64,000 bases of DNA from a virus (Duplodnaviria > Caudoviricetes): the IMG/VR virus record IMGVR_UViG_2894625894_000003, positions 64,001 through 128,000 of that record; one strand, 5' to 3'. The notes under the pieces were generated by a model, which ran no database searches, was not told where the DNA came from, and was given only the letters and a program-made list of their open reading frames with translations. Made by a program: the position numbers and the translations under genes. This document shows, in pieces, positions 57,261 through 64,000 of the stretch (positions are counted from its first letter, which is position 1; each line of letters starts with the position of its first letter).

Positions 57261-57668
57261 TCATCCGGCAAAAGCCTCCCATTTAAGGGGCTGACTGTTA
57301 CCGGGGTTATTTTGGTTGTAGTAGCTCAGTCCGCACATGTTGTCGGTACGGAACGAGAGGACTTTGTAATCAATGTCACAGGAACAGATGCTGCAATGCA
57401 GATCCTGATCGGATCGATTGGTGAAATAATGCCCCCCAAACAAAGCATCAAATTCAGGTGATGTCTTGGCATTTAGGGAGTTAAACGGGCATCCCTGACA
57501 TAAGGCCATTCGCCGGTCGGCTTCGGCCGCTTTTTGGGGATCCAGTTCACCGGCCGTCTGGAGAGCTTTGTTCCAGCGGGCCTCTAGTACGTTGTCAATG
57601 TTTTTGGCTCCCTGAGCATAGTAGTGAGCCATTTCGGCAAAATAAGACCGGGGTTTTGTCGGGTCCAT
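57261..57668 (-). CDS. Zn-finger-like Cys protein
   Basis: RMALCQGCP...CSICSC.I..K......C...KW. Confidence 0.65.
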   Translation of the reverse strand: MDPTKPRSYFAEMAHYYAQGAKNIDNVLEARWNKALQTAGELDPQKAAEADRRMALCQGCPFNSLNAKTSPEFDALFGGHYFTNRSDQDLHCSICSCDIDYKVLSFRTDNMCGLSYYNQNNPGNSQPLKWEAFAG

Positions 57669-57843
57669 TATGAAAGAGAGAAGAATGGTCGGGTCCCCTG
57701 CTGCCGCAGTCGGACCCGGAATGGAGGTGGCTTGAAGGAAGGAACGGCAGACGGGAGGAAAGGCCTTACTACGGTTGGAAGCACATTATCCGGTTTACAG
57801 GCATTTTACCGGCTCTTTCAGGATTTGGCAGTTCAAAGATAGT

Positions 57844-58188
57844 TTATTTATTTTTACCCGTATAGCGGTAGCCCAAAATATTTTTTAATCGCCACAGTTT
57901 GGTGACATTTTCCCGGCACTCCTGCTGGACGGCCTGGACATTATAGGCGGGCTGACCGGGTTGCTTCAACCGTCGGTGCCGGATAAGATACCCACCTAGT
58001 TGTTTGAACAGCAGGGAGGGGTTGGTATAGAAGGTCCCCAGGTAGCGGATATAGTAACCTACGTGATAGGGATTGGCCAGCTGAGCTCGTACGTGTCGCC
58101 AGTACTCATCATTGATCCGGGCAATAGTCGATTCCGATATTTTCAGATCCATCGACACCTTCCGGTTGATCTGGTTAATGTCCTTCAT
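57844..58188 (-). CDS. HU/IHF-like DNA-binding protein
   Basis: INRKVSMDLKISE...IRYLGTF. Confidence 0.6.
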   Translation of the reverse strand: MKDINQINRKVSMDLKISESTIARINDEYWRHVRAQLANPYHVGYYIRYLGTFYTNPSLLFKQLGGYLIRHRRLKQPGQPAYNVQAVQQECRENVTKLWRLKNILGYRYTGKNK

Positions 58189-58549
58189 TCCAGCCGAATT
58201 TGATTACGTAGGCCATCTTATCGCCCTCCTGTACGGCCTGTACCAGGACGGGGTCTACGACATAGGTTCGGAACTTTGTATTCTTCAGACTAATCACTCC
58301 CTGCTTGCGAAGGTTACCTCGGATCTTGGCCAGGGTATGCCGGGCCATCTCTTCGCTCAGGTTGGGTAGTACATCACTGACCAGTAGAGTATCGGTTTCT
58401 CCACTCACCCCATGTAGGGCATAATAAGCTAGAACGGTTAGTTCCCGGTAGTTATATTTCCAGTGACGGAGTAGGTAGTAAATTTCCAGAAACTGGCGGA
58501 TGGCATCAATGCGGGTTGGGTGCTGACTCGGGGCTATGATTGTAGCCAT
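58175..58549 (-). CDS. Putative HTH protein
   Basis: 124 aa; LAKIRGNLRKQGVI. Confidence 0.5.
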   Translation of the reverse strand: MATIIAPSQHPTRIDAIRQFLEIYYLLRHWKYNYRELTVLAYYALHGVSGETDTLLVSDVLPNLSEEMARHTLAKIRGNLRKQGVISLKNTKFRTYVVDPVLVQAVQEGDKMAYVIKFGWNEGH

Positions 58550-59456
58550 GTTTTTGTCTGTAGTCGCTAATTAACTTGGTTACTTCTTTCCGCAGGTACG
58601 GAGTGTGGTAGGGAATTCGGGTACCGTCGTCGAGACAGTGAGTGAAACGGGTGGACCGGATTGTATAGCCGCACCGTTCCAGCATTCGGCCGTAAATGGA
58701 GATCTGTAGGGCATAATGCCAGTAGTTGGTATCGTGCAGGTGGGCCACAGGAGCCTGCATCTTATCGTACCGATTGGTCTTTTTTATTTCCTTATTAGTC
58801 TTCCAATCGTCGAGGTCTACGTACCGGATAGCGGGTCCATCCGTTGTATCCCACACATAAATACCATCCTGTTTTACCAGGTTAAGTGTGGAGGGTTTGA
58901 CGAGTTCCGTCGAAATCCAGCATCGGTCAATCTGACCAGCTGTCTGCTCAAGGTGATCAAAAACCAGCAGCTCAGGCCAGTAGCCGTCCGGTAGTTTGGC
59001 CAGATCGTACGTGTAGCGGTCCTTAGGTTGGGTAATGCCCTGTAGTTCATTATTACCTAGAATACTGTAGCCCAGCTGGTAGGCTTCATATTCCCGGGCA
59101 TTATGAAACAGGGTACCTTTGGTACAGGCCTGGTCTTTGGTTTCCTGCCATTCCTGGAGAATGACAACCTGTGTATGGAGGATCTTGTTGAAGAATGCCG
59201 GGTAAGCGGCCAGTAGAAACTGCCGGAGCCTGGTTTCGGTTTTATCGGCCTGCATGATGATCCGGCTGGCCTGGCTCCACGTAGCCGACTTTTTGGATTC
59301 CTGGACTACCCGCTGGGCCGCTTTATAGAGGGACCAGTACTGTTCGAGAAAAGGCTGTTTGTAGTGACCAATGAGCTGAGTAGCGGAGGTATATCGAATG
59401 TTATTCTCATTGGTATAGATGTGCTTTTCCGCGTCGAAGCGGACGGCTTGAACCAT
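58506..59456 (-). CDS. PD-(D/E)XK (Cas4/RecB-like) nuclease
   Basis: H.YT...Y.S.T; GT.FH; E; AGQID; DWKTN; Y.LQ.S.Y. Confidence 0.85.
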   Translation of the reverse strand: MVQAVRFDAEKHIYTNENNIRYTSATQLIGHYKQPFLEQYWSLYKAAQRVVQESKKSATWSQASRIIMQADKTETRLRQFLLAAYPAFFNKILHTQVVILQEWQETKDQACTKGTLFHNAREYEAYQLGYSILGNNELQGITQPKDRYTYDLAKLPDGYWPELLVFDHLEQTAGQIDRCWISTELVKPSTLNLVKQDGIYVWDTTDGPAIRYVDLDDWKTNKEIKKTNRYDKMQAPVAHLHDTNYWHYALQISIYGRMLERCGYTIRSTRFTHCLDDGTRIPYHTPYLRKEVTKLISDYRQKHGYNHSPESAPNPH

Positions 59457-59566
59457 GAACCAGAGGAGGCTGAACCGGGGGCGGACGACTGTCCGGCTGA
59501 GGTGAAAGAAAGACTTTCCCGGCTTGTGGGCTGAAAGCCAGTTTATACCAGCTTTCTATGATTCTC

Positions 59567-59585
59567 CAAAGGTATAACAGTTTTT
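59567..59585 (-). promoter_or_regulatory. Promoter for the late/packaging operon (TACCTTTG -7 box within the shared motif)
   Basis: TAnnTTTG at 59567-59574, overlapping AAAAAnnGTTATACCT. Confidence 0.5.
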
Positions 59586-59727
59586 CGGTATTATACCCAT
59601 TTTCCGGTAGAATATTTTTTGAGTACTCTGAAAAAAGGGTATAAATCTACCTATATTAAACCAGGTTTCTCTATTGCAAATCTGGTAAATTCTGGTTAGA
59701 CTTGGTTGGTTTTCAACCTGATACTCA

Positions 59728-60630
59728 ATGGAAATAAATCAAGTACCTGTACTCCCGGATCGGTTAAATGAGATTACCAAAAACTTGGACCGGTTTCGGG
59801 CTTACAACCTGTATTGTTTGGTAGGCGTTTGCGTGTGTGCTGTATCCACTCTGTCCGGCAAACTTACCCATACTGCCTTACTGGAATACACTGGAATAAT
59901 CCTTGGGGCTGTCTCTGCATTCGGAGCCGCTTTTTTCAGTAATAAAACAAATGGCATTACTCGGGCCCTAGTAATTGAGGCAAACCAACAGATTACTTCT
60001 GTTCAAGATCAATTACGTTTTGTGGAGGCTAGTCAGAACGAGTCAAATAACTGGTTAAGTGGAAGTGAAAGTTACGGGGTTATTCTTTTTTCTATTGCTC
60101 CAACTGAAACAGATAATGAGTTTGTGGTCAGCTTTAGGGATAACGATCCTATAATTTGGGTACCTCTCTCTCGTATTCGGTTAAAATTATTTTTTTTCCA
60201 ATGTGGGATTTATCCTTTGTATAATGTATCAATTTATCGTAAAGAAGATAATTGGCCAAGTACTCAGATTACACCAAATTACATTATTACTGAGACCAAT
60301 AAATTTGTACCTACATATTTGGGTGAATTAGTGATGGACATTACTGAACCTATTAAATTAGACTTCCATATTTTTTCCAGGAATAAATCCTGGGAGCAGT
60401 CTATTGAAATAGATTTAAAACAGTTTTCTGAAAATGGAGGATTAAATAAATCAGTATTGTTAAAAGAAATGGAGCACCCCCAACGGGTTGTTTTACAGGA
60501 TTTACAATTACTTCCCCGTAGCCCTTCTGAGTTCTATAGCAAACTCTTTATTGAGGACCTGTTTAATTTATTTGCTATAGATTCCAGGAAGAAGCTGTAT
60601 GATTTAATCAGATCCATTCAGCCTCTTTAA
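59728..60630 (+). CDS. AT-rich moron: membrane protein with two N-terminal TMs
   Basis: 300 aa, opposite strand, visibly low GC. Confidence 0.7.
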   Translation: MEINQVPVLPDRLNEITKNLDRFRAYNLYCLVGVCVCAVSTLSGKLTHTALLEYTGIILGAVSAFGAAFFSNKTNGITRALVIEANQQITSVQDQLRFVEASQNESNNWLSGSESYGVILFSIAPTETDNEFVVSFRDNDPIIWVPLSRIRLKLFFFQCGIYPLYNVSIYRKEDNWPSTQITPNYIITETNKFVPTYLGELVMDITEPIKLDFHIFSRNKSWEQSIEIDLKQFSENGGLNKSVLLKEMEHPQRVVLQDLQLLPRSPSEFYSKLFIEDLFNLFAIDSRKKLYDLIRSIQPL

Positions 60631-61126
60631 CCGGTTTATTTCCTTCATATCCCCGTTCCAGTACATCCTTTAATCGGGCGGTTCGGCTGCTGGTTGACCC
60701 CCGAAAGGTAAATCGAGGATTGACAATATAGGTCCCTTTGGCACTGGACAGCAAGGCCTTATGACTCTTTAGCTCGTAGATCACATTGGATACCGTTTTG
60801 GGACTGATTCCAAAATGATCGGCAATTTCCTCCCGTAATCCCTTATTGATAGCAAAGGTACGGCCGTCCCCATTCTGGCGGGCCAGGTATCCATATACCA
60901 TTATCTCCGGACAGGGATTTAATTTATTAAGCATCTCCCAGAAATCATCGTATACCATGTTGTAGGGTTCTTTGGCATTGACCAGGTATTGGTGTTTGGT
61001 TACTGACCGGTTAACTACCTTTCCATCGTGGTCCACGGTCATAGACTCTTCGACTAATCCTGTCTTTAAATATGGTTTATCCATTATACCCGTTTTAACC
61101 AGCTGGAAACAAATATACCGATTCAT
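60608..61126 (-). CDS. repL: RepL-like HTH replication/regulatory protein
   Basis: EIADHFGISPKTVSNVIYEL HTH; GTYIVNPRFTFRG. Confidence 0.7.
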   Translation of the reverse strand: MNRYICFQLVKTGIMDKPYLKTGLVEESMTVDHDGKVVNRSVTKHQYLVNAKEPYNMVYDDFWEMLNKLNPCPEIMVYGYLARQNGDGRTFAINKGLREEIADHFGISPKTVSNVIYELKSHKALLSSAKGTYIVNPRFTFRGSTSSRTARLKDVLERGYEGNKPVKEAEWI

Positions 61127-61144
61127 TTTATTTTACCCAACTCA

Positions 61145-61209
61145 ATGCCCTATTCTGGGGCATGAATCACCCCTGAACTGGGGCATATATATGCCCTATT
61201 CTGGGGCAT
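61145..61209. repeat. Three 19-bp palindromic repeats at 23-bp period
   Basis: ATGCCCTATTCTGGGGCAT at 61145 and 61191; 13/19 copy at 61168. Confidence 0.85.
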
Positions 61210-61614
61210 TGATAATCTCGTAATTATCTGGTTTACTGATCATTAACCCCTCCTCTCTTCTTCTTTCTTTCTATGGGATTTCTGGAAGAGATACCATGTA
61301 CCGGAATCTGTCCAAATTTTTCAATGGGTCAAAAGGCTGATCGTCAGTGGGATGAAAGGCCGGATTAGGGTATGAGCGATTGGGATGAATGTGGTTGTCA
61401 AAATTGGTCCTATGGGTTTATGAGACCAACCCTGGGCTGTTCTCTTGCCCCCCTTACCATCGTCGTTGTACCCCCACCCCCCGGGGTCGGCAATCTGGAT
61501 TTGGACCGGTTGCTGGCTATTTGGGTAAATGGGAAATCGATACGGGCAGTGTCCACCGGATGACCGGACACATCAACCACAATCGCCTGGCCTCCGTGAA
61601 GGGCCGAAGAAACC

Positions 61615-62181
61615 ATGCGTACCAACATCGCAACCCCAATGTTCAATGCTGATGCCGATTTACTTGGAGGTGGTGCAGCCACCCAAACCATGACACCACC
61701 GGCAAGCTCGGTCAATGTCAACCCACCGGTTAACCCCGGCAAGCTCAAGCTGCCCGAAACCAAGACCATCCAGGGATACCTGTTGAATGCCGAGATCATT
61801 GACGCCAAGAACAACACGGAGATTGTCCTGCTGACCGTGCAGGATGCACACAACAAGGTCCACACCATCAGCTCATCACCGGGCTACTGGACCCGTGTGG
61901 GTAAAGCCTTCAAGGAGGATGACGTGGTAGAGGTCAGCTACGAAAAACGTATTGCCCACGTAACCGGATACCACAAGGGCGGAGACGAGAACACACCCCT
62001 GACGGCCCACGAATCAGACGGTTCAAACCTGGCCTCGATCAAACGGTTCAGCAAATCGGCCTTCGAACGGATGCTTCTGGCCCAGGACGAAGACCGGCTG
62101 GTTGGCCGGGTGGAAGCTACCGAAGATTCCAAAGCCCTGGCCGTGGCAACCCTGCTCGGTGGTCTATATGGCCGTCGGTAG
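61615..62181 (+). CDS. First plus-strand (early) gene, possible OB-fold protein
   Basis: 188 aa, beta-rich core; fold is a guess. Confidence 0.6.
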   Translation: MRTNIATPMFNADADLLGGGAATQTMTPPASSVNVNPPVNPGKLKLPETKTIQGYLLNAEIIDAKNNTEIVLLTVQDAHNKVHTISSSPGYWTRVGKAFKEDDVVEVSYEKRIAHVTGYHKGGDENTPLTAHESDGSNLASIKRFSKSAFERMLLAQDEDRLVGRVEATEDSKALAVATLLGGLYGRR

Positions 62182-62409
62182 TCCGAGCTAAATCAATAAG
62201 GGTGGAGGGAGGTTGGGGTACCCCCAAACCCCTTTCTACCCCAACTCGGTCCATCCAACACTTTATCTATCGAAAACCTTTTCGGGATTTAGTGTTGGAT
62301 GGCTCGGAGAAAGGGATGGAAGAAGGGGCCTGTGCTTCCCACCGTCATCCCTAGAATCGCACCAATGGACCAAAATGGACCAACACCTAATCCGATTTAT
62401 AGCCAAGCC

Positions 62410-62517
62410 ATGTTAAAACGTTTACAGAAAATTCCCGAGTCAACCTGGTTAATAATCGGCATGATTGCCTATGACCTGGTCATGTTCAGCGTTGTCACCC
62501 ATTATTACTTCAGTTGA
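62410..62517 (+). CDS. 35-aa TM microprotein
   Basis: MLKRLQKIPESTWLIIGMIAYDLVMFSVVTHYYFS. Confidence 0.5.
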   Translation: MLKRLQKIPESTWLIIGMIAYDLVMFSVVTHYYFS

Positions 62518-62518
62518 T

Positions 62519-62749
62519 ATGGATAAGCTCACAGCCAAACAGATTATGGCCTTACCGCGTCGGGTTACCTACCAGACAGCGACGGGTCACTGGGCAGGTT
62601 ACTCGGATGGTACAATCCACAAAGGATCGTATCTCCGGGTATATCCAGCTAGATCGTACGTGAACCCATCCAATGGGGAATACCGAGTGTACAGTTTCCG
62701 GTCGGCTAAGCCGATAAACGTACCATTAACCAGAGTTTTCACCTTCTAA
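62519..62749 (+). CDS. Hypothetical early protein
   Basis: ATG 1 nt after the previous stop. Confidence 0.55.
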   Translation: MDKLTAKQIMALPRRVTYQTATGHWAGYSDGTIHKGSYLRVYPARSYVNPSNGEYRVYSFRSAKPINVPLTRVFTF

Positions 62750-62762
62750 CCAACCAAGCCCT

Positions 62763-63104
62763 ATGGCACCTCAAAACACATTCCGTACAGCTCAGACACC
62801 TCGTCCAGCTATTGTTGGTTCAGTAAACCCGTTAACACAAGTCCGGGTTAAAGTAGCCCTTATGGTCACCGGTATATGCCTATGTCTTGGTGTATTCATC
62901 TGGGCCTTGGCTACACCGAAGCCTACCAACTTTGCCAAGGTGGAATTCCCCGATAAGACCGTGGACATTGTACGACTGGGTGATGCTCACCTGTACGAGG
63001 ATGGCGAAATGATCATGCTGGATGATTATGATCAACCAGTCAAATTCCTGAAAGCAGTTGAGTCTCAGGATTCTGAAAAGGTTAACGTCAGCTTCAGGCA
63101 ATAA
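62763..63104 (+). CDS. Single-TM early protein
   Basis: Hydrophobic VALMVTGICLCLGVFIWAL. Confidence 0.6.
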   Translation: MAPQNTFRTAQTPRPAIVGSVNPLTQVRVKVALMVTGICLCLGVFIWALATPKPTNFAKVEFPDKTVDIVRLGDAHLYEDGEMIMLDDYDQPVKFLKAVESQDSEKVNVSFRQ

Positions 63105-63112
63105 CCAGAACA

Positions 63113-63139
63113 GGAAGCCCTACTCGGGCTTTTTGTTTT
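63113..63139 (+). terminator. Intrinsic terminator
   Basis: GGAAGCCC-tactc-GGGCTTTTTGTTTT. Confidence 0.75.
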
Positions 63140-63340
63140 GCTCGGGGCCGTCCGGTCAGGCTTCGCGTTCGGTAGTTGAAGCCCTTGGCCCTGTTAAATC
63201 TCCCTATATGCCTACCGAATATCCGGTAGTATGTTGTAGCTTTGTAAAATCTTTATAACTGGATAAAATCCCAATAACTGGATTTACCGGTTTTAATATC
63301 CGAATACTCCTGAATTTGAAACTGTATACACTACCCTTAA

Positions 63341-63685
63341 ATGAAACTTGTAGATAACCTAGGCCAAACCTGGGAAGTACTCCAGTTTGATAAATTGACC
63401 AAGAAAGCCATTATCCGGCACGGTCCCACCGAATTGAATGTGATCCTGATCTATTTCAATGACAAGTACTTTATCAGCTGGACCGGGGAAGGTATTGAAA
63501 CGATTGCCTGTAAACCTAAACGAGCACCTATCGTCATTCAATCGGAAACCCAGTATGAAGAGCTGCTAGTACGTACTCAGTCCCTAATTCATAAAGAAGA
63601 CCGGACAGAGGTGGAAGAAACGGAACTGGATGATTTGTCCATTGCCCTAGAAGAATATGAGAAACTACATTATCCGGTTGTATGA
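63341..63685 (+). CDS. Early protein with a C-terminal HigA-N-like domain
   Basis: IQSETQYEELL.R...L....RT..E..ELDDL...LEEYEKLHYP. Confidence 0.65.
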   Translation: MKLVDNLGQTWEVLQFDKLTKKAIIRHGPTELNVILIYFNDKYFISWTGEGIETIACKPKRAPIVIQSETQYEELLVRTQSLIHKEDRTEVEETELDDLSIALEEYEKLHYPVV

Positions 63686-63703
63686 AAATCATTAAGGTTA
63701 CTG

Positions 63704-64000
63704 ATGGAAGATCTATTGCAACAGATTAATAACCTGTCCAACCAATTAACTGATTGTTATAATGAACGGTCTATCTTACAGACCAAGATTGATCAGTTAC
63801 AATCGGAAAGATCCGTACTAACCAGTAAAGCCATGGAAACCTTCTGGAACATTATTCAGGAGGGTGATCAATTTACCTGCGGCAACCAGGTATTTGAAAT
63901 TAGTTCGATTTACCGAAATCGGGATCCAGCCTGCCTATACGTGTACGAGCTGGTAGATGGTAAACGAGAGAATGGCCAAACCATCTATAAATGGTGGTTG
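63704..64000 (+). CDS. Hypothetical protein (partial, runs off window)
   Basis: ATG 63704 (MEDLLQQINNL...); frame open to the window end. Confidence 0.6.
   Translation, partial: MEDLLQQINNLSNQLTDCYNERSILQTKIDQLQSERSVLTSKAMETFWNIIQEGDQFTCGNQVFEISSIYRNRDPACLYVYELVDGKRENGQTIYKWWL

Larger units (their letters stand above)
1..64000. mobile_element. crAss-like (Crassvirales-type) bacteriophage genome segment
   Basis: Gene order TerL-portal-scaffold-MCP-ring-auxiliary capsid ... ring-IHF-tubular-muzzle-cargo-giant protein matches Crassvirales; no host housekeeping genes seen. Confidence 0.9.

Noticed and set aside
57670-57840. tRNA or ribozyme in intergenic gaps (also 59460-59560, 61320-61440, 63140-63340)
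   Set aside because: Only isolated stems; no cloverleaf, T-loop or hammerhead core recognised
61145-61209. Mini CRISPR array (with the Cas4-like nuclease nearby)
   Set aside because: Spacers are only 4 nt and no cas operon is present; the nuclease is a common phage gene
1-64000. Stop-codon reassignment, common in some crAss lineages
   Set aside because: Core genes are full length in code 11, and TAG, TGA and TAA all act as real stops

Overview
The window is about 64 kb of a crAss-like (Crassvirales-type) podophage genome in the standard genetic code. Accessory proteins and TAnnTTTG promoters point to a Bacteroidota host, probably Cytophagales-like (inference). Positions 1-59.5 kb are mostly a minus-strand late region, read right to left: PD-(D/E)XK nuclease, HU/IHF-like gene, terminase, a small-gene cluster with Tad2/DUF2829, portal, scaffold, major capsid protein, ring and auxiliary capsid proteins, Cys-rich Ig-like accessory proteins, holin/spanin/CHAP lysis genes, ring/IHF/tubular/muzzle genes, tail lysozyme, large ejection proteins and the start of a probable virion RNA polymerase that runs off the left edge. 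An AT-rich plus-strand island (12.9-17.4 kb) splits the ejection-protein operon and carries two tandem DUF6934-like + partner modules. After a RepL-like gene, the strand switches at about 61.3-61.6 kb into probable early genes. The strongest unannotated signals are: a textbook -1 frameshift site (C CCT TTT, UAG, hairpin) that opens a hidden 110-codon frame; the duplicated TA-like modules with a conserved 42-bp leader; an orphan HigA-like domain in an early gene; a signal-peptide SGNH protein within the tail locus; a shared N-terminal module on four accessory proteins; and 23-bp-period repeats upstream of repL. Family assignments come from recalled motifs and gene order, not database searches.
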